Shown: positions 6,657-14,774 of the stretch, piece after piece
Layout: each line of letters starts with the position of its first letter
Numbering within the stretch: position 1 is the first letter of the stretch
Source: Methanobacteriota archaeon
GTDB taxonomy: Archaea; Thermoplasmatota; Thermoplasmata; SG8-5; JAGLSY01
Length of the DNA: 48,415 nt
Reading direction: 5' to 3'
Assembly: GCA_020696385.1 (NCBI GenBank)
Contig: JAEHCQ010000009.1
Span: 1-48,415 of the forward strand
The notes under the pieces: model-generated
The model's database searches: none
The model's input: the letters and a program-made list of their open reading frames with translations, nothing else
Told to the model about the DNA's origin: nothing
Position numbers and translations under genes: made by a program

Positions 6657-6688
6657 AGCCAGGCCATTCAAAGGCCTGGCTTTATTTT
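6657..6688 (+). terminator. Hairpin plus T-tract between convergent genes
   Basis: AGCCAGGCC-attcaaa-GGCCTGGCT-TTTATTTT. Confidence 0.7.
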
Positions 6689-6700
6689 AATATACTGAAA

Positions 6701-7291
6701 TCAATTATGCTCCCGTAATTCAAGTTCAACTGTAATATTCTTATTTTCTAAATGCTGGAACAATTTTGCACGTTGCTCATCTGTTGATCCCTGTATAGCC
6801 GTTTTGTAATAAGCTTCATTGTCTCTCTTGAAGTATAAAACACGTTTGTAATGGTTTACAGGGTGTTTCTCAATATCTACATAGATATACAGTAAATTAG
6901 GAAATTTTCTATATTCTACATATCTTATCTTTGTTATATTATCAAATTCTAATCTGGCCTTAGAGTCCTGAAACCTTAGAAGCTTAGGCAATGGGAAGGC
7001 CATATGGTCCTTGTATATCTCCATTGACAATCCACTTGATGGCCAGAAGTTATAGGAGAAAAAGATGAAGAATGCCCCAACTACCGTCGGCTCCAGAAGA
7101 CCACTCAAATTTGGGCGCTGGCCAACTGCATAATTAATAATACTCCAGACAACTCCGGCCAATATCAAGATGCCAAAAATAGTGAAAAGCACTGGGCCAG
7201 CATAATCCTTCCCCCTATCAGATGATATTTGATAGCTCATTTCATATTCTGGCATTTCTTTTGCTTGATGTTTATTATCATTGGCTGACAT
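6701..7291 (-). CDS. Hypothetical membrane protein (2 TM plus soluble C-terminal domain)
   Basis: 196-aa ORF, RBS GAGGGA, AT-richer than its neighbours. Confidence 0.7.
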   Translation of the reverse strand: MSANDNKHQAKEMPEYEMSYQISSDRGKDYAGPVLFTIFGILILAGVVWSIINYAVGQRPNLSGLLEPTVVGAFFIFFSYNFWPSSGLSMEIYKDHMAFPLPKLLRFQDSKARLEFDNITKIRYVEYRKFPNLLYIYVDIEKHPVNHYKRVLYFKRDNEAYYKTAIQGSTDEQRAKLFQHLENKNITVELELREHN

Positions 7292-7360
7292 ACACTTCCC
7301 TCTGCTGAAAATGGATTGTAATTGGGCTTAATATTGTTTTTGGTGTATTATTCATCAATG

Positions 7361-8590
7361 TCAGGATATCTTGCACTTCTTCTGCAATGCCACATGCAGG
7401 GCGACAGCCGTTGGTAAAAGCATGCTCTCGTCCTTCTTGATCTCCCATTCCTCGCCGATAAGTTGGAATGTGTGGTCGGCAGTTCCAGTTATTTTCGTAT
7501 TGCCAGTGAATCCTTTCCAGACCGTGTCGATAAGTGGGTCGAATTCCTCCAGCTGGCCGAGTTCGAGACTTTTCACATAGAAGCCCGTTTTGCCGTGCAA
7601 GGATCCGGGCAATCGTATCAATCTTTTGATATCCGAAGTAACTGGCTCGTCAGTTTCCCCGGCCATCGCTCTTGTTCTTTCCAGTATGAAATCCAGGAAT
7701 AGATTTCGCACACGATCGCTGGAAAATGCCTCGAGGGAATTGGATCTCTTTATATTGCTGGCTCCCGTATTCTCCACATCTCCCTTGAAGAGTTTGGAAT
7801 AGATGGTCTCCGCACTGCCCTTGCCGATCCCGTCATGGGCGATGAGTTCCTCAATGATCTCCTTTCTGTCTCGCTCCAGTCCATTGTCCAGATACTCCAT
7901 AAGACTATGCCAGAACTTACCTTTCCAGCCCTTTGCATCGGGATCCGGCAGGATGTACGTGTACTTGGCCTTGCTATGACCCTTGAACTCGGTCACATCA
8001 TAGGCCTTCTTGGAAAGGAAGCCAGATATGTCCTTTGCCGGAAGCGTGATGAAATTCACTATCTCCCGCCTCTCATGTGAATTGAGCTTACGAACACTGG
8101 GATGCCTGACATGGGCATGGTATCCTCGGCCACCCGAGAAGTAGATACCGATATCTTTCTCGGCAAATCCAAAGTCTCCCATCAAGAACTCCTCGATAAG
8201 CTTGATGAATTCCACTTTCACCTGAGCCAGCATCTCCGCATAGGACATTTCCTCCGCTCCGGGAATATGATCTGCATCCAGATCGAATATCAGATCGGCT
8301 CCCAACCATGTCTTCTTATCCATGGTCGCGGCTCCTGGCATTTCGTAATAAGCGGTCGAGTGATAAACATGGGCAGGACAGCTGTCTGTCAGATATCTTT
8401 TCAGAGCTGGCATGTCATTGAAGCCCATGTGCCGCCTCATCGTGCGGCCTGGGATTATGGCACCGAATTCACGCCGGTCAAGATCGTGTACCATCGGGAT
8501 TTCGGCTTTCGTGTAATACTCACGAAAGCATCTCTGAACGAACTGGGTGGTTGGAATATGTATGACTGGCGGTGGGCCCTTGTCCTTCAT
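7361..8590 (-). CDS. priS: DNA primase catalytic (small) subunit
   Basis: RREFG, YHSTAYY, DLIFDLDADH, FSGGRGYH, DEPVTSDIKRLIRLPGSLHGKTG. Start may be 8590 or 8644. Confidence 0.95.
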   Translation of the reverse strand: MKDKGPPPVIHIPTTQFVQRCFREYYTKAEIPMVHDLDRREFGAIIPGRTMRRHMGFNDMPALKRYLTDSCPAHVYHSTAYYEMPGAATMDKKTWLGADLIFDLDADHIPGAEEMSYAEMLAQVKVEFIKLIEEFLMGDFGFAEKDIGIYFSGGRGYHAHVRHPSVRKLNSHERREIVNFITLPAKDISGFLSKKAYDVTEFKGHSKAKYTYILPDPDAKGWKGKFWHSLMEYLDNGLERDRKEIIEELIAHDGIGKGSAETIYSKLFKGDVENTGASNIKRSNSLEAFSSDRVRNLFLDFILERTRAMAGETDEPVTSDIKRLIRLPGSLHGKTGFYVKSLELGQLEEFDPLIDTVWKGFTGNTKITGTADHTFQLIGEEWEIKKDESMLLPTAVALHVALQKKCKIS

Positions 8591-8751
8591 CGTCCTTACA
8601 TCACGATGCTTGTTTATAACGATTTTCACCCGAAGGCCGTGCATATCTCAATTAACAATATATTGGAATATAAATTGATAGTTTAACACATAAATTCAGT
8701 ACATTATTTATATCTTCAAATCATATACTGGAGTAGGGAAAGTGACATTTG

Positions 8752-9276
8752 ATGGTCAAGAGGAACTATATCAAGAAAATATGCATGCTGGGTGATGGCG
8801 CCGTAGGCAAGACCTCACTGATAAGAAGGTTTGTTTTTGATGAGTTCAAGGATGATTATATCATGACCATTGGCACAAAGGTCACCAAAAAACCTCTGAA
8901 ATTCATAGCAGACGATGGTACGGATATCGTTCTAACTCTCATGATACATGATATTCTTGGCCAGGCGAAGTTCGAATCTCTTCACAAGAGCTATTATGCG
9001 GGCTCCAAGGGCGGCCTGATAGTCGTCGATCTTACCAGGAAAGAAACACTGGATCGCGTGGAATGGTGGTATGATGGCTTTACCGATATCGCTGGCAAGG
9101 TTCCAATGACCATCGTGGGGAATAAGAACGATCTTGAGGATGAGCATCAGATGACCTTGCAGGAAGTTCAGGAGGTCGCCGAGACCTTTGGTGCTCGTTT
9201 TTACCTGGCCAGTGCCAAGTCCGGCGAGAATGTCGAACGTATCTTTAACAATATTGGCAGAAGGGTCTGCGAATGA
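8752..9276 (+). CDS. Small Rab/Ras-like GTP-binding protein
   Basis: G1 GDGAVGKT, G2 TIG, G3 DILGQ, G4 NKND, G5 SAK. Confidence 0.92.
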   Translation: MVKRNYIKKICMLGDGAVGKTSLIRRFVFDEFKDDYIMTIGTKVTKKPLKFIADDGTDIVLTLMIHDILGQAKFESLHKSYYAGSKGGLIVVDLTRKETLDRVEWWYDGFTDIAGKVPMTIVGNKNDLEDEHQMTLQEVQEVAETFGARFYLASAKSGENVERIFNNIGRRVCE

Positions 9277-9317
9277 TCCCTCAAAAAAATACATCACCAC
9301 ATCCGGGGGCAATATAG

Positions 9318-10046
9318 ATGTCCTCTCCGGATAATACCCAGTCATCTCTCGGCAAAGCACTTCAAAGGATATTTCAGCAGGAAGACCTTATTCGGAAGAT
9401 AGAGGATCAGGACAGTACCAGTTCTTTTTTCATGAGCGATATTAGGCGTGAGATATTATTTCACCTTGTGGGACACCCTTGCGATCATCTAAGAGGCATC
9501 GCGACCCAGGTGTCTGTCAAGCCCCCGTCCGCAAGCTGGCATCTCACAAAACTTTTGGATGCAGGAATACTGGGATCCAGCACCTTCAGGAATAAGAAGG
9601 TGTATTGGGTGGCTGGCATCATCGACAAAGCGCATGTGGACACCCTGTCCTTTCTTGGCGACAGGGTGGGTCATGATATCATCTTGGCATTGGCAATGGA
9701 GACGGATGGCATGAGGGAGAATGCTCTCTATAGAGCTCTGGGGATCAGACAGCAGACCCTTTTCAAGAGGCTTCACGATCTGGAGAATGCAGGTTTGATA
9801 AAAAGCACTGGCAAGGGCTATGGCAGGGTGTATGTGGTTGGGGAACTGCTTCATGATCTTGATACGCATTACAGGGAAAATGCCTATGACAATCAACTGG
9901 CCTTGATGGAATTGCTGGTGAAGGATGGCCTCAGACCCAAGCTGAGAAAGAGACTTGGCAGTAGGCTGTACCTGGATCTGGACATACCCGGGAAAAAGGA
10001 AAAGCGAAAGGTGGACTTCAATCCTTTGGCAGATCTTGATCTTTAG
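9318..10046 (+). CDS. Winged-helix transcriptional regulator (tandem ArsR/MarR-like HTH)
   Basis: Two wHTH-like segments: RREIL...HLRGIA...SWHLTKL and ENALYRALGIRQQTLFKRLHDLENAGLI. Confidence 0.75.
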   Translation: MSSPDNTQSSLGKALQRIFQQEDLIRKIEDQDSTSSFFMSDIRREILFHLVGHPCDHLRGIATQVSVKPPSASWHLTKLLDAGILGSSTFRNKKVYWVAGIIDKAHVDTLSFLGDRVGHDIILALAMETDGMRENALYRALGIRQQTLFKRLHDLENAGLIKSTGKGYGRVYVVGELLHDLDTHYRENAYDNQLALMELLVKDGLRPKLRKRLGSRLYLDLDIPGKKEKRKVDFNPLADLDL

Positions 10047-10047
10047 T

Positions 10048-10258
10048 GCAATAGGTCGAGAACCCCCCTGTTTTCTGGCGGGGTTCGACCTTAATGTAAC
10101 GCCGCCGTATGCCCATCAATATTATTCACCTGAACTCGAAGCTAAATAAAGCTTCGAGTGTTTGGGTATATGGCCTTTGATTGTAAACATTCAGGCAGAA
10201 ATGGACTGGCATCAATTAAATAGCATAATGCCGGTCATTTATAGCCTGATAGTTTGCA
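10048..10258 (+). ncRNA. Structured intergenic region with three long stem-loops (candidate ncRNA or structured 3' UTR)
   Basis: Pairings AGGTCGA/TCGACCT, CCGTATGCCCA/TGGGTATATGG, CTCGAAGCT/AGCTTCGAG, TCAGGC/GCCTGA and GACTGGCAT/ATGCCGGTC. Non-Watson-Crick pairs are G-U on the + strand. Confidence 0.4.
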
Positions 10259-10296
10259 TATATAATATTAAATATTCTCAGTCAATATCCGCAAAC

Positions 10297-11118
10297 ATGA
10301 AGGTGCTTCATGTCCACAATATCGCGCATATCCCTGGCCTCATGGTGAGGGAGCTTCGGAAGAGGGGCATTGAGGCTGATTTTGTTGAGGATGTGAGAAC
10401 ACTGGACATGTCAAATTATGATATCGTTCATGCCCATTACGCGCTCAATAAGGCCACCATCCGTGCTTTTCTGAAGGCCAGGAAATTGAAGATACCGTTC
10501 ATCCTTCACTGTCATGGTTCTGATCTACGACTGGTCAGTGCGAGTGGGAGAAAGGACCTGCCAGCATTTCACGCGGCTATTAGTCGATACATCAGAAAAA
10601 GGTCCAGCAAGATATTCCTCAGCACACCGGACTTGATAGAGTACGAGCCAGATGGGGAATATGTGCCCAACCCGGTCGATCTCGAAAAGTTCAGGCCATT
10701 GCCCAATATTGAAAAATCGGATAATGCCCTGATCTGCGGCCGCTTTCTCAAGGGCTCGAAGGTCTATGAACATATCAAGCCAGACAGGGAATATGATTGC
10801 GTCACCACGGTAAATGAGATCGAGTGGCCGGACAATGTGAAGAGGCTTCCTTATGTGGACTATGATGAATTGCCAGCCTTCTTCAATCGGTATGAGGAGA
10901 TGATCGGAACATTGTGCGATCTGATCAGCATGGCCAGGATGGAGGCCATGGCATGCGGGGTGAGAACATTTACCGACTTTGAAACTGATTTTCTCAAATA
11001 TTATAACGATGAGAATCCAGACCTGGCCGAGGATCCCAGAGAGTTCGTTATCAGACATCATCATCCAGATATCTGCATGAAAAGGATCGTCGAGGTCTAT
11101 AATGAATTGATGAAGTGA
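10297..11118 (+). CDS. Glycosyltransferase, GT4-like (GT-B fold)
   Basis: MKVLHV start, DIVHAHY, HCHGSDLR, VPNPVD, MEAMACG. A TATA-like ATTAAATA lies about 23 nt before the ATG at 10297, so the track start at 10162 is unlikely. Confidence 0.85.
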   Translation: MKVLHVHNIAHIPGLMVRELRKRGIEADFVEDVRTLDMSNYDIVHAHYALNKATIRAFLKARKLKIPFILHCHGSDLRLVSASGRKDLPAFHAAISRYIRKRSSKIFLSTPDLIEYEPDGEYVPNPVDLEKFRPLPNIEKSDNALICGRFLKGSKVYEHIKPDREYDCVTTVNEIEWPDNVKRLPYVDYDELPAFFNRYEEMIGTLCDLISMARMEAMACGVRTFTDFETDFLKYYNDENPDLAEDPREFVIRHHHPDICMKRIVEVYNELMK

Positions 11119-11177
11119 GCTGCCAGGCTACCTGGGGTGCTTGTATTTGATGAGTTGTATGAACTGCATGAGCTGTT

Positions 11178-11207
11178 TGAGTTCTGTGGGTTGAACCACA
11201 GAACTCA
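11178..11207. terminator. Hairpin between convergent GT4 and flippase genes
   Basis: TGAGTTCTGTGG-gttgaa-CCACAGAACTCA, a 12-bp perfect stem. Confidence 0.65.
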
Positions 11208-11224
11208 CAATACAGTATCCAGCT

Positions 11225-12658
11225 CTATTTCCTACCCTTTTTCAGAAGCTGTTTGACTATCAGAATATCATATTCCGTTATCGTTTTGAGGGACACCACG
11301 GATATTATGAAGATGGCCAGTGATATGAATAGCAACTGCTGAGATCCGATATTTCCCTCGCTCATCATGAAGAAGAAATACATGCCCCCAGTCATCGCGC
11401 AACCAGATATGATCGGTTTCCAGATATATCTTCCAATTTTGTATATTCTCTTGGATATGATGTGATAGTTGAGAGCGAACAGAACTCCTTCGCCCATGAT
11501 GAAGCCATATACCGCGCCCTCCAGTCCGTACTTGTCCAGCATAAGTATCGTGATGATGGTCAGAATTATCGTGGAGGCGAATATGTTCCTGACCGTGATG
11601 TCCGTACGGTCGGAGCTCCACAAGGTGGTTTTCATTATCATGTTCACCGTGGTGAAGGGAAGTGCGAATATCATCAGTTTGAGTAGGCTGGTCGCACTCT
11701 CGAACTCGGTTCCCAGAATTCCCATTATTTCCATCGAATAGGTGTAAATGATGAAGGTGCTGGGTATTGCGATCAGTAGAGATAATTTCATGGATTTCGC
11801 ATACATGATCTTCATGCGCTCGGGATGCTCCTTATACAATCTGGACAGCACGGGGAATATCGCGGTCTCGAAGGATATCGGGATCATCAATAGCAGGAAA
11901 AAGATCTTCATCGATGCGCTGAACCAGCCTATCTGGAAATATTCGAAGTAAATATATAATAATATGATAATAATATTTGAATAGACCGCGTATCCGATCT
12001 CGTACAGGGCGAACGACCTGGACATCTTCATCATGTCCAGCAGTCCATATTCTCCTCTTTGCGGCTTAATTCCGATCTTTAGCGCGATGGTGAAGCTGAT
12101 GACCGTTTTCAGGATCGAGGCGACGAGAAGTACCATGACTATCTCCAGCAGTCCGTATCCCAGCTGGATGGCTGCCAGAAGTATGGTTATCTGGATAATC
12201 CTCCAGAGAACTTGACTTATTGCCTCGAATTCCATTCTCTCGAAGGCTCGGAAGAAAGCATAGCCGAGGCCAGATAGCTTGTCAAATGTGCAGATCATGC
12301 CTGCGAAAAGGATGATCAATAGGCTATCTCCGCTTATCTGCATGAGGATGCCGACCACCAGTGCCGCCACGATCATGATGATGGAGAGCAATACCCGCAG
12401 AATACCGATATGCTCCATGTAGATGCCAGCTTGTTTTTTATCGCGGGAAATGTCCCTTATGACGAGGGCATCCAGGCCAAAATCCGAAATGATTATGAAG
12501 ACCGTGACAAAGGCGAAAGCGAAACTATATTCGCCAAATCCAGCGTCCCCAAGATGTCTGGCCAGCAAGATAACTATGAGGGCACCGAGCCCCTTTGACA
12601 TGACATTGCTTGCCAGAAGTATCGTGGTATTCTTGAATATGCTGAACTCACTTCGCAT
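11225..12658 (-). CDS. Oligosaccharide flippase (Wzx/MOP family)
   Basis: IFKNT...LARHLGDAGFGEYSFAFA...DFGL, FRAFERM, AIFPVLSRL; about 14 TM segments. Confidence 0.9.
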   Translation of the reverse strand: MRSEFSIFKNTTILLASNVMSKGLGALIVILLARHLGDAGFGEYSFAFAFVTVFIIISDFGLDALVIRDISRDKKQAGIYMEHIGILRVLLSIIMIVAALVVGILMQISGDSLLIILFAGMICTFDKLSGLGYAFFRAFERMEFEAISQVLWRIIQITILLAAIQLGYGLLEIVMVLLVASILKTVISFTIALKIGIKPQRGEYGLLDMMKMSRSFALYEIGYAVYSNIIIILLYIYFEYFQIGWFSASMKIFFLLLMIPISFETAIFPVLSRLYKEHPERMKIMYAKSMKLSLLIAIPSTFIIYTYSMEIMGILGTEFESATSLLKLMIFALPFTTVNMIMKTTLWSSDRTDITVRNIFASTIILTIITILMLDKYGLEGAVYGFIMGEGVLFALNYHIISKRIYKIGRYIWKPIISGCAMTGGMYFFFMMSEGNIGSQQLLFISLAIFIISVVSLKTITEYDILIVKQLLKKGRK

Positions 12659-12775
12659 CGGAATATGTAAAACCCTGCTCGTTATAAAATATTGTTTATC
12701 AAAATTACATCAATTATCTATTAATTATAATTATTGAAATTAAGTGGGCAATATTAAATATCTGCAATCTGATTT

Positions 12776-13357
12776 ATGAACATGAAGATGCGAATGTTCA
12801 TTCCGAGTATTCTGGCGATCCTGCTGGTAGTCATGCTGGTCTCCAATACCATGGCAGCACCCACGATATCAAACCTAACATATTCTCCCCGAGATGGAAA
12901 TCTGGATACTGATTATGTCTTCACGCTGAGATATACTGGTGATCTGGCTCCTGAGAAAGTGGTAATCGTTATGGGTGATACGGAATACCAGATGGAGGAA
13001 GTTGATCCATCTGACCATAACTTTTCAGACTCCAAGGATTATTACCTGATAACCAAGCTGCCAGGAGGTTCGCACATATGGTATTTCAAGGTTGTGAGCA
13101 ATGGTACTATCCTGAAAAGCACGACCTACACTTTGATAATCGAGAGGTTCGGCGTAGGGTGGGAGCATCTGGATGTCGTGCTGGCTGTTGGTGTCGTGGG
13201 TGGAATATTCATCATACCAGTTCTTTACATCGCCTTCATCTTCAGAAGGATATCAAAGAACCTGAAGGAATACCTGGACATCGAGAAGAAGAAAGATGTC
13301 CATTTGGATGATCTGGCCGATGATATAGATAATATAGAAGTTACAGAAGATCGATGA
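12776..13357 (+). CDS. Secreted/membrane-anchored hypothetical protein (signal peptide, Ig-like domain, C-terminal TM, acidic tail)
   Basis: Signal peptide ending TMA-AP, beta-rich middle, TM segment followed by RRISK. Confidence 0.8.
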   Translation: MNMKMRMFIPSILAILLVVMLVSNTMAAPTISNLTYSPRDGNLDTDYVFTLRYTGDLAPEKVVIVMGDTEYQMEEVDPSDHNFSDSKDYYLITKLPGGSHIWYFKVVSNGTILKSTTYTLIIERFGVGWEHLDVVLAVGVVGGIFIIPVLYIAFIFRRISKNLKEYLDIEKKKDVHLDDLADDIDNIEVTEDR

Positions 13358-13399
13358 TAAATGACCAACTATCATCGCTACTGGCTTATTCTTTTTTCA

Positions 13400-14662
13400 T
13401 CATTCTTTTCTTATCATCCTGTGACATGCCGAGCAATTCTTGACAGTGGCTGTGCACTCCAGATGATAGATCTTTCCGCAATCGCACCTGTAGGCTGGAA
13501 TGGTGTGAGATAGTGCTTCACCGCAGATATCGCACTCTCTCCTGGGCGGGGGGTTGACGGCGCTGTTTGTGCTGACAGCGCCGGAATTCTGTGGCTTGCC
13601 AGTACTGGAGTTCTTTTTCCGCCCTGTCTTGTTTTTATTCTCATCCTTCCAGATGCCCATATACTTGAACATCACCAGCCAGAATATGCTGACCCAGATC
13701 ATGAAAATAACTTCCCCGATATTATTGTGGGTCCACTCCATCGCATCCCAGCCATAATACTTGCCGACCAGGATTATTATCGCCATTCGGATGACATTGG
13801 CCAGCCAGGCCAGGAATATTCCTATTGAAAGCATGGTCAGGACTTTCCTGTCGATCCTGTCATATTCCACAAATATGAAGGCGATGAAGGCCGATACAAA
13901 GATGCTCACAGAGTAAAGGCCAGTACATGATAATCCGATGGAAACCGGGATGATAGCTCCACCGGGCCCGATGACCTCCATATGCATGTATGAGAATTGG
14001 AACAGTGTCAGAGAATGGCCGTAAGCGACATCCACTCCGATCATCTTCAGAAGGCCAGCAGTCGGAAGCACCAGCAGGTAGTAGGTGATCCTGCTGTTCG
14101 TGTCCGGTTCGGATGAGTATGCCAGAGAATAAATTGTGGTCGGCACGACCAGTATCATGAAGAGAAATATCATGAACAATAATGCGAAGTCCCTTTCCAC
14201 CCTGTATTTTGACGGAATGTAATTGTAGGCGATCAGGGCACCAGCCAGCAGAAGCGCTACATAATCATTGCTTCCAAGCGAGAACTCATCAGCCACCAGT
14301 AAATTGAAGGCCATGATGCCAGCCAGAAGGATCATGCCAAGTATCGGCAGGAAGGGCATGAGCTTTCCATTCAGTGTTATCATGCTGATGAACCACTGGC
14401 TCAAGTTTTTGAAAGTCGATTTTTCATCATCATCATCATCATCATCGCCAGGTATGTCTTCCTCGCCTGGCTTGTCTGACTTTATCCAGGGGGCTTCATC
14501 CCTGGTCAGGTACATTATGAGCAGGCCAGCTCCTATCAACATAAGGCCAAACACCCTGTTAAGATGGCTGAGAAGTATGGCCAGATTAAGGCCGCCAAAA
14601 AGGATTATCATTCCTAAGAAGAATCCGTATTTCTTTATTCCCTGCATTTCAATACCTTTCAA
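13400..14662 (-). CDS. Archaeosortase/exosortase family protein with C-terminal Cys/His zinc finger
   Basis: Triad-like motifs LSCTG (Cys), ANVIRM (Arg) and WTHNNIG (His); multi-TM; C-terminal CxxC...CxC...HxxC...CxxC. Confidence 0.88.
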   Translation of the reverse strand: MKGIEMQGIKKYGFFLGMIILFGGLNLAILLSHLNRVFGLMLIGAGLLIMYLTRDEAPWIKSDKPGEEDIPGDDDDDDDEKSTFKNLSQWFISMITLNGKLMPFLPILGMILLAGIMAFNLLVADEFSLGSNDYVALLLAGALIAYNYIPSKYRVERDFALLFMIFLFMILVVPTTIYSLAYSSEPDTNSRITYYLLVLPTAGLLKMIGVDVAYGHSLTLFQFSYMHMEVIGPGGAIIPVSIGLSCTGLYSVSIFVSAFIAFIFVEYDRIDRKVLTMLSIGIFLAWLANVIRMAIIILVGKYYGWDAMEWTHNNIGEVIFMIWVSIFWLVMFKYMGIWKDENKNKTGRKKNSSTGKPQNSGAVSTNSAVNPPPRRECDICGEALSHTIPAYRCDCGKIYHLECTATVKNCSACHRMIRKE

Positions 14663-14774
14663 TATGGGTTAATCCATTCGGCTTATTATAAGGGTTTCCC
14701 CGTCTCTATAATATTAAATTACCAATCCTTTTATATCTTTAGATATATAAACATTCAATTGTGGGAGTGAAATC

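Noticed and set aside
14424-14446. (TCA)n microsatellite as a phase-variation tract
   Set aside because: A trinucleotide repeat encoding poly-Asp in a loop of the archaeosortase; slippage would not shift the frame.
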